Assembly (NCBI GenBank): GCA_964187785.1 | Contig: OZ076409.1 | Span: forward strand, 33,666,001-33,730,000 | DNA: 64,000 bases | Direction of reading: 5' to 3' | Source: Amphiscolops sp. MND2022 | Taxonomy: Eukaryota | Shown here: positions 45,489 to 57,400 of the stretch, in pieces | How the letters are laid out: each line of letters opens with the position of its first letter | Numbering within the stretch: the first letter of the stretch is position 1 | Translations under genes and position numbers: made by a program | Notes under the pieces: model-generated | The model's input: only the letters and a program-made list of their open reading frames with translations | Database searches by the model: none | Told to the model about the DNA's origin: nothing

Positions 45489-46434
45489 CCGCGTTTTGAA
45501 TTTTCGACAGCGAAACTAACATTCTGGAGGCGTTATCTGGAAATGCACTTCCTTCCATGGAGGCATCAAACCGATTGAAATTCTTTATATTTGTCAACAT
45601 AGAAATGTAAAAGCTCATCGCAAAGAAAAAACGCCACAGGCTCAAAATTCGCCACGATTTTTTCGAAATAAATTTAAGCGTGAAAGACATGGAAAGCGAT
45701 ATAAATGAAGCTTCAATTGATTGACTGAAACCAAGTTCTTCCACGAAATGGCACCTGGTACTCAAGTCTAAAAAATTCGAGCATGAACTCTGGGCAAGCA
45801 TGCATACCAGATACATTCACATTTTTCTTCGAAGTGAAAACTTTTTGTTAAAGGTTCGAAATTGCTCTATTAGCCAAACTTACAGCATGTTCAGATGACA
45901 CGGAAACAATTCGGTCAATTTGCACTGAAGGCATCGTGTCAACGTCCTGGTTTATCGTTATTCACTATATTTTCCTCAAGTATACCATTCGATCAAATCT
46001 GAAAATAGTCCAGACTTTCCACTAAACTTCTCGGTCACTCGTAATCAACTCAGAACTGGCAAGATGTTCACGTTTAACACCGGTGAAATTCATTATTATT
46101 CACAGCAGCTGAATTTCACTCTCTCGTTAGAACCTCCCACAAGTTTCAATGGCAGGAATTAATGAAACACCGCTGACAGGCTAGACGAATTTATGAACTA
46201 CATTGAAAAGTACCCACCTTTTTAGAACAAGCTGGATCAAATTTTGCAGCATTCTTTAGAATTTTAAAAAGCGGAAAGTAGTACAAAAACTGGTCATTAT
46301 ATAAGTTATGTCTCGAACGTTCTTGAATTCAACTAGTTCTTTGCATTTGATGTCCAAATCATTTTTTCCGACTTCATTTTCAACCAACTAGAGTATCACG
46401 GGCAAACAAATGTAGAAATACGGAGATCTTTTTA

Positions 46435-47403
46435 AAAACAAGCGGGAACTGCTTAAGTGGGCGCCCACTCAAGGTTCAAACAGTAAGGTGTTTCGTTCGG
46501 CCTAACTTCAAAATCTTCATTGTGTAGAAAATAAAAAAGGAATATTTATTTTTCAAAGTGCATTGAAACTGTGTCAAATGTTTGTTCTTTTGTACAAAGA
46601 ATAAGGTTTCAAGCCGTATTAATAAAACCACACTTCTAGAGATATGTCTTTCTAAAGTTTGCATTTTTGGGTTCTTCACATTTAATAAGTAAAACTTCGT
46701 ATCTAGCTAGCTGCCTCCATTAGGTCAATATGAAATTGACAAAACTGGTGACTGAAGCAATATTTATGTCTATTGACATCTCGTTTTGAAAAATCTGAAA
46801 AAAATCCTGGAATTGTTTTTTTGAAAGTGAGCGAGAACAGTTACTGGTGGAGTTGGTTATTCGGTGATGTTCAACGGAGAGAACAGAACAAGGTTTTTTG
46901 GACACCTCGAGAATTCTGAGAGTAGAAACATGCAAATATCTTGAAAGTTTGATACTTTCCTTGCTTAACAACACAATTCCAATTCATTCCTTGCAAGAAT
47001 CTTGCAAGGCAGTTTGTAAGAATAACGCATTGTCTTGCAAGATCTTGCTAGATATTTTCAAGAATATTTTTCTCAAATTATGGTTTGTTTATGCTCAAAA
47101 TCAAAGGGGCATTTCGGTTTTAAAAACTAGTGCCGAAAAAATCCAAAGGGTTTTGGTCTTTACTCTACTTTTGCAAGTCTTTACTCTACTTTCACTTCAT
47201 GAAAAAGTTTTGGTCCAGCACAGGGTAAGAACCCACGTAAACTGGTTCCTAGCTACTGTCCCACCCGCGGTAACAACAGAGCCGAGTGGCGGAGCCTGTT
47301 AGAAGTTACTCAGATACAACCTAAAGAAATGTGGCAGTTCGTTCGACTTAAAAAAGCCACTGCTACAATCGGCTCTTTCTAGCGAAAAGCGCTGACTGAA
47401 AAT
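46435..47403. mobile_element. Long or composite HINE-like repeat copy
   Basis: Left end aaaacaagcgggaactgcttaagtgggcgcc; right end aatcggctctttctagcgaaaagcgctgact. Confidence 0.45.
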
Positions 47404-48789
47404 TGATATTACCTGCAGTGATTACTTGAAATAATTGGTATGATGTCAAAGCTTCAACAAAATCTCGACATGCTGTCTATCATGCCGCAATGATTTTACA
47501 GTCTCTACTTTAGATTTTGATTAAACATTTCTATAGTGTTCCCATTTCACTTCCCACTCATAACAGGATTTCGACCTGCGAATTTATAATGACCAACAAA
47601 AACAAAGAAACATTTGGAGTTGCGATGTTTGCGGGACTGAAATGTCTGTTTTCGGGACAAAAAGTTTTGGGTTTTTGGCACTGAAATGCCCTGAATTGAT
47701 CTCTAGTTAGTTGTATTTGATCAACGGAGATAAGAAATACGGTAGGCACCGCAGTGATTTCTTCGAACACTTCTTATTGCTTCAGAACTTTAGAAATCGA
47801 ATACACAAATTTCATTTCATTTGCAAGAATTCGAAGAAAGCATAGCATGCCATTCAGTGAAAACACCTGATTCTAAGAACACTGAAACATTGATTGACTT
47901 AATTAATTCCTCAATTGGTCAAGCGTTATGACCTGAAAGAAAACTGACAACTCTGTAGATGGTCCGTGGTTTCTCAAACCCTTCCGGGCAATATATTGCT
48001 GGTTTCATTCATGGGTAAGTTATCCTTTAAGACTGGAACTATATTTGCTAAAGATATAAATACGTGACTGAACATTGACTGAAAACTTTCAGAACATGTT
48101 CTTGATATTTAAATCAAGCCTCAAAATTGAATATACAAAACACCATTTCACAAAAGTTTGACTCGGTTTCCCAACAGCCCGTCTTTTCTTGTTTTTCTTA
48201 TAATTAGCCAACTTTCATTTCAAGAATATTGAAAAGTTTGAATGCAGCCGGTTATCCAAATTTTCTAAGAGAAGGAGTTGTTAGTTTGGTCCATTTTGCC
48301 GTGAAGTGCCTATGAATAGGATTATCCACGCATTACATCGAGCAAAATTTTCGATTGGGTCTCAAAACTGTGGACAAAATAAATGGTATTACGACAAATA
48401 TTATTCCTGTATTATGCATATTGCATTTCTACTAAAATACTATTTGTGAAAACCCCTTTCTCTGCATCTGGCACTTGGGTGTATTTTCACAAGTTTCGCT
48501 TGAGAAGTTTTTCAAATTCATTTTCTTCAATTGATATCTCTTTAAAATTTTCTAGATCTCCGGAGCAATCACTGTTTTAAGGTCAACTTCCATTCCGAAT
48601 TTTATCCTCAAGTAGGTGACTTCTCCAAGTAACTATCAATTTCAAAAAGTTTTGGTATCAAACTCAATCTGAAGAATATTTCAAACTTTCAAAGGTATCT
48701 CGAAGATACATACAACCTAATGCTAGCAAAAAGCTGACACTCTTAAGCATAATTGATGGATTATCCATGTTTCATTGTCCAAACCTCCA

Positions 48790-48990
48790 CAAACTGATCA
48801 ATTGAAAACAAGACGCCCGCTAAGCACCGTGATATTTTCCGCGACACTCTTATTGAAAAAAAAGTATGGCGAAGGAGAGGATCGAACCCACGACCTACTG
48901 GCTGGGAAACACGAAAAAATTTCAAGCACCAGCCCTGTTCGAACCCACGACCTACTGGCTGGGAAAGCAATAAGTGAAGTGGAGTTTTGG
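48790..48990 (-). mobile_element. tRNA-derived SINE-like sequence with a duplicated B-box segment
   Basis: 28-bp TTTCCCAGCCAGTAGGTCGTGGGTTCGA occurs twice (48882-48909, 48939-48966). Confidence 0.55.
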
Positions 48991-49319
48991 CAGAATTTGT
49001 AAAAAAAAAAACGCGTCACAGATCATGATTTTCGTCCCCCATTTATGTGGGCGGAAAATTTTAAAAAAACAATGCCAATATACGACTGGGTTAAAAGACT
49101 CAAGGTTGCCCCAATTCGCTGTATAAATTTTCTACGTTTTCCAAACTTGAAGTTTAAAAAACTCATCAGCTGATTTCTATATTCATCTTGAAAATTTACA
49201 AATTTAGAAGCAGCAACACACAAATATCAACTGTAAAGTTCAATCAGGTACAGTAAAACTGCTACCATCATTCAAGGTTGTGACTGCTCAAATGATCTGA
49301 TTGGTTGCCGAATCATTTT

Positions 49320-50948
49320 CTAGTCGTGTTCCCCTACTGTTCTGACGTCATCGATCTTCAGAATCAACCGAACAACTTGGGCAGCCAATGTGATCTGCTG
49401 TTTTTTGGCTATTAGAGTTTCAATGACATACTGCGTCTTCATGTCGTTTGTTCCTGTCTGCATGCAGTCGATGCCCAAATGTGGGTTCTTTTCTAGAATC
49501 TGCCGAGACTTGATGTCGGCAACAGTTTTGATAGGGTTGAACCCACTGTTTTCGGATAGAGCCATAGGCACTGTTTCCAGAGCTTCAGCGAATGCGCGGA
49601 GTGCATATTGCTCAATGGAAGCAACCGATTGCGCCTTGTTCGCCACTGCAACTGAGCATGCAATCTCAGCAGCACCTCCTCCATACACAATTCTGTTGTC
49701 TTTCACCAAGTTTCGCACAACACATAAAGCATCGTGCATACTTCTCTTGGCTTCTTCAACTATCATTTTGTTTCCTCCTCTTAGGAAAATTGTAACTGCT
49801 CTGGAATTTGCACACTCTTCTATTACTAGCATTTTCTCCTTAGTGGTTCCGAACGACAGCTCTCGCACTTTACCGGCAGTTCCCAACTTTTCGGTACTAA
49901 GTTCGGAGAACCGGGGAACAATGCGTCCACCAGTTGCGATTGCAATCAACTCAATTTCAGGACCCCCCACCCAGCGGACAGCAGGCAAGTCGTTCGAAAG
50001 TAGAAGATGATTAGCCTCGTCATCGAAGCCCCATTGACATAGAGCTAAAGTTGCACCAGTGTCTTTGACCTGTTTAATCATCGTTTCAAACGTTTCCTTT
50101 TCATAGCTCTGCAACTTCTTGTAATCTTCAACGGTTTTCACGTCCAGTTTATGAGTGGTCTTGGGTTTGGGTGGCTCAAAGGGACATGTAAGAATGGCAA
50201 TTTTTACATCTTTCAACTCTTTCGGCATCTGGGGATGGCTGAAATCTTTGTCGACGAGAACACCCTTAACCAGCATACTATCCTCTAATTTTCCTCCGAC
50301 TTTACTTTCCACTTTGATAAGCTCGAAGTCCACATCTTTCCGTTCAAAATCAGCCACACTCATCACAGCGTTAACGGCAATCGTTGCCATTTGATGATGA
50401 CATCGATTGATAATTTTAGAACCTAGAGTAGTCATTGCAGTTTTGACCAAGACTTCAGTATTGGACGCATCGACAGGAAATGTATCCGCAATTCTATCCA
50501 ATTCTTCGGAAGCGATACCAGCGGCTGTTTCATATCCATCAGCGATTCGAATAGGGTGGATACCTTTGTCGATGAGGTGCTCAGCTTGTTCGAGGAGAGC
50601 TCCGGCTAAAACTACCACACCAGTGGTTCCATCTCCTATCTCATCATCTTGGGACTTGGAAAGCTCAACAAGTAGTCGTGCAACCTGGTGATTAACATCC
50701 ATCTTGTCGAGAATTGTCGCTCCGTCATTGGTGATTGTCACATCTCCGTCAGGGCTGACCATTAGCTTGTCCAGACCTTTGGGACCCAACGAAGTTCGCA
50801 AGGTGCTGGCAACACTCTTTGCGGCCAAGATATGGGACTTGATGGCATCTGTGCCAGTCAATCTAGCTTGTTTCTCTTGGTCCTTAATGATGATGAAAGG
50901 TCGACCAAATTCATCAAAAGCCAAAGATCCGATCCCACTACCGGCCAT
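49320..50948 (-). CDS. CCT5: T-complex protein 1 subunit epsilon (CCT5), single exon, 542 aa
   Basis: [99 protein letters not shown]. Confidence 0.99.
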   Translation of the reverse strand: MAGSGIGSLAFDEFGRPFIIIKDQEKQARLTGTDAIKSHILAAKSVASTLRTSLGPKGLDKLMVSPDGDVTITNDGATILDKMDVNHQVARLLVELSKSQDDEIGDGTTGVVVLAGALLEQAEHLIDKGIHPIRIADGYETAAGIASEELDRIADTFPVDASNTEVLVKTAMTTLGSKIINRCHHQMATIAVNAVMSVADFERKDVDFELIKVESKVGGKLEDSMLVKGVLVDKDFSHPQMPKELKDVKIAILTCPFEPPKPKTTHKLDVKTVEDYKKLQSYEKETFETMIKQVKDTGATLALCQWGFDDEANHLLLSNDLPAVRWVGGPEIELIAIATGGRIVPRFSELSTEKLGTAGKVRELSFGTTKEKMLVIEECANSRAVTIFLRGGNKMIVEEAKRSMHDALCVVRNLVKDNRIVYGGGAAEIACSVAVANKAQSVASIEQYALRAFAEALETVPMALSENSGFNPIKTVADIKSRQILEKNPHLGIDCMQTGTNDMKTQYVIETLIAKKQQITLAAQVVRLILKIDDVRTVGEHD

Positions 50949-51283
50949 TTTTCCTGAAAAATGTTATCATAAAAACCATTTTCTTTCACAATTTAAATAA
51001 GAAGCACTTATATCCTTCGTTTACTACTGATACCTCCCATTTAGGGAGAAATCGGACGTTCTCAAACATCAATTGCTCGAAAACACAAAGAAACGTGATA
51101 TTTCCAACCAAAAACGTCTCTACAGGGCTTGAAACTAGTTTATGCTTATATAGCTGGGTACAAAAAGTTCACGCTACAAATTACTCACATTTCAAGTTTG
51201 AAGAAAAATGTTCGAACATTTTTGTGGTTCGATGATTATCTCTCAATCCTGTTTTTATACCAAAAAACCTTATTTCTATTGAA

Positions 51284-53620
51284 TTGGGTCCAATGTTTTT
51301 GCACGTGGGTCCACCACTGTTTAGATTAATCAAACGGCCTCAAAGTTCTCCATTGGCATTAATCCGAAAATTGGCGAAAAGACAATTAGATATTCTCAAA
51401 GAAAAACGCCCGTCTCCGCAGATCATCAATCAACATTATAGTGTTCCAAATGAAAACACATTACCCTATCATCCACCGACTTTCGACAAAATCAATGCTT
51501 TTGCGATCAAGCGCAACGCATTAAAAGCTAATGGTAGTCATGGTCCCAGTGGAGTCGATGCGAATGAATCGCGCAATTTTCTGACAACCTTCAAGACGTC
51601 ATTCTCTGACCTGCGTAACGCCATTGCGATGCTTGCAATCACATTGCCACAAAAACTATAATTTCTTGAAAACAAACTCATTCACTCATAGCTTTGGATA
51701 AAATACATGGCGTTACACCAAAGTATTGCGAAGGATCATCGGTCGAACAATCTTGAAATGTATTTAAACATGAAACTATCGAGTGGCAACATACAATTAT
51801 GCCTATGACAATAAGCAGGAAACGGCCCAAGTTGGCACCCTGTTCAATGCACAAACTGTACCCGGGGAACGTGGTTTTAGTATCACTTGAAGATTTTTCG
51901 AAAATGCAAAAAAGTCTTAAAGTACTGAAAACCTGACCCTACAGCAATATGTTAAACGCAAATTATGTAAAATTTTTGGGAGAAAATTGATGATATTATA
52001 CAAGAAATGAAAACGTTATATCCGGACTTTGAAAACGTTAAATCCCAACTTTGACAACGTTATATCCGAGCTTTGAAAAATCGCACAGTGCCAAAAAACC
52101 CAAAGGGGAACCGTTGGTCTCTCCTTTACTTTTGGAAGCATAAACAAGTAACGTTATGTCCGGAATTCGTTGAATCCGGTTTGTGCCAAAAATCCAAAGA
52201 GAGACCCTTTTGTAACATTGAAAAATTCTCCAAGGTTGGGTACATCGGAATATAACGGTATATCGGATTTGCGTTGAATCCGGTATGGGCAGTGTTATTG
52301 TCGAAGAGGACTCCTTAGCACTTTTTACAGCATTGACAAACGTTATCCCGTATACTAACAGCTTTTCAAATCTGCCACTTCGTCGGTCTTGAAAAAAGCA
52401 ACTACTATAGTAGTCTTTCTTCGAAAGCGCCGACTACTAAAAAGGCATAGAGCATGCTTTTCGTTCAATTCGTGAAGAATTCAACTCCAACGAAACCGAA
52501 GCAATTCTTAAAATTGATGCCCCAATACCTTCAATGGCCTCAATCGTCAACAGGCAATGATCAAAATCTAAAATATTTGCACCTCGTATACACAGCTGTA
52601 TTCTAACTTGACAAAATACAAAAATTTTCTTTTCCAGTGCGTACGGGAGGATTGAATGTCACGCTCTCTGAAGGCAGCGCTCATGAATACGAAATATCTA
52701 AATAAATGTCCAAATGTCTATTCGATAACAGTGCCATCCTTGCTGAAAATAGGCAATTCCCTTTGCGGCCCTGAAAAAAAAACAGGAAAATGCGAAAGCC
52801 AACGAGTCCTTGGACAAGCCGATTTGAATGCTGAAGAGCTTCTCTCTTAATCTCGCAGCGGAAGAAGGACCATCATGTTGGTTAAATGCAATACTGATCA
52901 ATCGATATCACTTCAACTTGACAAAGATGAACTTCGCGACGGTGTAGCTCTCATATATGGCTGGGAACCAAGATATCTGCCAGCCACATACCCCTATCGT
53001 CGATGTTTTCAATTTGGCACGCCCTCCATTGCCCCAAGGGAGCTTTTGCACATATGCCATTATTGATACATTTGCTGAGCTAATGAACGAAGTTTGCCAT
53101 GATGTCGAAGTCGAACATCATCAATCGTTACAAGGCGAGTCATTCGATCATCGAACCACGACCGTCAAGGATGAACATAGATTGGACAAAGGCATAGGGA
53201 CTTTGGGAGACGCGTTTTAGCAAAACCTTCTTTGATTTGATGATCTTTAACCCCTTGTAAAAGCTGCCCAAAATTCATTCATGGATGGTACCTACACATT
53301 CCACGAGTGCCAAAACCGGCTCAAATATGAGAAGAGAATCGAGGTCGAAAAGGCAAACTTCAGCCCTCTAGTCTTTCGTGCACCTGCGGTGAAAGACCAA
53401 CGGCATCCAGGTTGAAATGCCCCTGTGAAAATATGCGAGCAGAAGGACGCCAGTTATGCAGACGCTATCACATACATCAGACTAAGCTGAGTTTCGCTCC
53501 ACTCCGAAGCCCAATCCACTGCATAAGTTGCAGGTCGACGAAAACAGGTTCTAACCAAATTGTTGATTCCGCCAGTGGTGCCATCATTGAAAGGACTGTC
53601 TCAAAACAAATATTGCTTAC
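51284..53620 (+). mobile_element. Relic of a CRE-like (RLE-endonuclease) non-LTR retrotransposon, interrupted by a HINE copy
   Basis: KANGSHGPSGVDA (pre-RT motif), then ELRDGVALIYGW.P, NEVCHDVEVE...LQGESF...DEHRLD and FSPLVF, typical of the CCHC plus RLE C-terminus. Many frameshifts. Confidence 0.65.
51815..52445. mobile_element. HINE-like repeat copy with CGTTATATCCG tandem motifs
   Basis: aagcaggaaacggcccaagttggcacc ... tagtagtctttcttcgaaagcgccgact. Confidence 0.65.
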
Positions 53621-54474
53621 TTTTTAAATATAGTTGAGGCATCTACCAGGGAAGATCACATTATGAATCAGAGTAAGCATAATAGTCGGAAAATCTTTTC
53701 AGAATAAGATATTCTCTAACCCCTCGAGGAAGGGAAACTCCCTCGGTAGCACCCAAACCGAAGGAATACTTTTTTGAAAATACTTTTTCTAGACGGTATC
53801 CTAGGCAAATGTTTCAAACATACACGGCTAACATAGTATTTGTTTGATTCAATTGATTGTGCCCCGCCTTTATTACATTTTCATACTGATCCTCAACTGA
53901 CTATATAAAAACTACAACCGGTCTCATAGATGAAGCAAGAGGTACTCCTTGAGCCATCTGTTCCACCACCGCCAAAACAACTTTCTTTGAAGTATATCAC
54001 CATAAAAATGGAAGTGAGTTTAGGTTCAAAATTTTAACAAAGAATCCCATTTCTCAAGCTTCCAATGCAGAGAAAATTGAAAAGATAAGAACATCGCAAT
54101 TGGCGAAAATATATTCTAGAGAAAGCTATGGCCGTAAATTATTTTCTCCAATTCGAAAGATGTCTCTTGTATTTACCGTTTTGATCGAAACGAAACGGAT
54201 GCGCGTAAACTTTTGGTTACCCACTGAATACCTATAGGGTTCCGAAGTCGCTATTGAGAATTGAGGAAATTGGAGCCGAAATTTCGTTCATTCAAAGCAG
54301 AACACTTGACATCGCACTGATTAAAGACACGTAATCTAATTCATACTTCATTGATTAATTTCATCTCATTGATATTTCATTCTTGTTTCTTCATCACTGA
54401 AAGTTGACTTTTCATCTTTTTGAAAGCAATTGACCAAAGCGTCAACAATTCTTGACCTGAGCGTCAACATTTTT

Positions 54475-57400
54475 TGGTGCCGCGACCCGGGAACTTAAAC
54501 AAAGGCACCCGGAAGAGAACTAAGCATGTCTCTTGAACAAAGAAGCCTTTATCAACTCTGGAACATTGGGTGTGGAACTGGAACATTGGGAGTGGTCACG
54601 AAAAACTCGGCCAAAATCAATGCAATTGCCGAAACGGATGTTGCACTTGTCACGTCTACCGAGGTGGCAGTTTTGGAAGCAATGCAAGACATGATGGAAA
54701 AGAAACTGGAGCAGGCATATCAGCTGACTTCCTCCATCATGGACAAACTAGGTGCTGACCAAGCAGCGAGTGAGTTTGAATTGCGAATTCAAATTCAAAT
54801 CAAGGAAATTGAAAGGCTTTATGAGAAACTTGATCCCCCTCGGGTCGATCAAGCCGTCTCTTCTCAGATGTCGGCCTCAGTGCCGAAGTCAAGTGGATTA
54901 GAGATGCCAAAATTCGATTTGCCTAAATTTTCAGGCAAATACAAGGACTCAATTCCATTCTTTGATCAATTCAAGTCAGCAATCAACATGCATGATGCCA
55001 TTCCTGACATCCAAAAAATTGAACTACCTCAAGGCATGCCTGAAAGATGAAGCAGCAGCAGTTCTGGCACATCTCCCCCTAACGGCAAGTAACTATAAAA
55101 TTGGACTCAAACTTTTAGAGGATCAATACTCAAATAATCGTTTGATTCTGAAGGCACATTTGGACGCGATTCTACAAGCTCCATCTCTGCGTTGCGAATC
55201 AGCAGAAGGAATTCTCCACCTGCAATTGACACTCGACGAGAACCTGATGGCCGTGGCAGCTATGAAAATTGACACAAAAGCAAAATGCTATATATGGGTG
55301 CATATTTTGTCGGAAAAACTGGACACAGAATCACGACGTTAATGGGAACTTGGCAGCCCAGGTGATAATATTCGACGAATTGATGGGCTTCGTGATTTTG
55401 TTGCCAAACGAGCTAGAGCACTGGAAGCATCTGAGAAAACGAAAACACAGAATGAAAAGCAGAATCAACGAAAGGGAGCAAGCCGTTCAGAACTACAAAA
55501 TTTCAACACAGACTTGCTCTGCGTCTTCAGGACAGCACAAAATCTATACCTGCGAAAAATTCAAAACAATGGATCCAATCGAGCGAAGAAACTTAGCTTT
55601 GAAAGGAAAGCTTTGCTTCAATTGTCTGAATACGGGACATATTACGAAAGATTGTCCATCAAAATCAAGTTGCCGAAAGTGCGACAAACGTCAAAATACA
55701 CTCCTTCATCTTGAGAGGGAAGAATCCACATCGAAAGACAAACAGCATACGAATCTTCACCATTCAACAGCGAAGTTCAATTCAGTTCTCTTACCCACAG
55801 CCATTGTTCCTGTCATGGCCTCTGATGGGTCAATTGTCAAATGTAGAGCACTGTTGAACACCGGAGCCCAGTTGAGTATGATGACAGAAGAATTTGCTCA
55901 GCGACTCAAACTCGAGAGGTCGCCAAGTGAAATGAATTTAAATCGCATTGTCAGTTCGAAAACTATTTCATCTTCAATGGTTAATTTTCAAATTCGGACA
56001 ATTAATTCCCAAAGTATAACCAGAACATTCGAATGCAAACGAAGTTTGCAGAGTCAATCTCTTAAATTGGCTGACCCAGATTTCAGGAAGTCTAGAAAAG
56101 TAGACATCATCCTGGGATCATATGTCTACGAATTGGTCGTTCTCGATGGAAAACTTGAAGAAAATAACATGCATTTGAGGAATTCTATTTTTTGGATGGA
56201 TAGTTCCTGGAAGCATCGATGAGAGAAAGTCTTTAGTCAATTCAATCACAATTCTCTCAACCAAAGTTGATTTCAAAAAGTTTGGGAACTTGAAGAAGTC
56301 AGCACAGCACAAACAAGCCGGGAACGGCCCAAGTAGGCGCCATATCCAAGGCTTAAAAATAGCAAAAGGAATTCAAAATTTCCAAGTTTTGGTGAATTGG
56401 GACTACTTTTATGGATTTTTTTTGGAAAACAGTCTCACAATGCCGAAAAAAAACTGTAAGGGGGACCCTTAGGGATTTTCCAACATCCATTCTGACGCAA
56501 AACAGTAAAAAAATTGAAGGGAGGACCCTTCCGTGGAGAAAAATTTTTTGAAAAAAGTCGCACAGTGCCGAAAAAATCTAAAGGGGGGACCTTTTGGTCT
56601 CGTCCGGTATTGTATGTTACGCGGGAAACCTTTTTGGTTCAGTTCCTTGGGCCAACAGGTACATTTTGGAGTCTTCTGAAATTTGGAGAACTTTTGGTAG
56701 AACTATTTTGGTCAGTTCAGGTGGTCTTAAAAAAACACTGACGGAAAGCCATGACTATAGTCGACTCTTTTCTTAAGAAAAGCGCCAACTAAAAATGACA
56801 ACTGAGATCAATGTGAAAAACATTTCCGCGAGACAAAACAATCTGACGATGGAAAAAATTTTGTTAGTAAAATTGCCCTTCAAGAACACTGAAGAACCAC
56901 TTGGAGAAAGCTTCACTCAAGCAAAACGTCGATTTTTCTCTCTTGAGCGACGTCTCATTGCCAATCCAGAACTACATGAGAAATGCCGATCCTTAATTGA
57001 AGTATTTTTGGGTTTGAATCATTTGGAGCTCATTCCAGATGATGAGACTTCCAAACCGCCATCACAACACCATTAACTGCCACACATCATTGCGTCTTCA
57101 AAAAAGACTCAACAACAACGAAACTTCGAGTCGTTTTCGAAGGATCGGCAAAAACCAGCAATGGCAAGTCATTGAATGAGGTGTTGATGGTTGGTTGCAA
57201 ACTTCAACCAGACTTCCAGTCGACAATTTTACGTTTCCGCTTTCACAGAATCGCACTTGAGTAACGTATTGTATAACATCTTCATCTTATCATTCCAATC
57301 GTTCTCTCAACGAAAATGGACAAAACTCAAAAATCAACGAAGTCAAGAGAGCAATCATGCAGGATTTTTATGTCGACGATTTCGTCGGCGGATCATCGTC

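Noticed and set aside
46820-48020. Plus-strand spliced gene from exon-like segments (e.g. GPWFLKPFRAIYCWFHSW before GTAAGT at ~48013)
   Set aside because: Some candidate exons fall inside a HINE-like repeat, the reading frames are ambiguous and I recognise no homology. It needs RNA-seq and is not supported as a feature.
49390-51000. Plus-strand ORFs up to 206 aa opposite CCT5
   Set aside because: Antisense shadows of a conserved coding gene, with no independent motifs.
54100-54469. Full 5' LTR boundaries of the third BEL element
   Set aside because: There is no partner 3' LTR (the element is cut at ~59589 before the PPT), so the start cannot be fixed.
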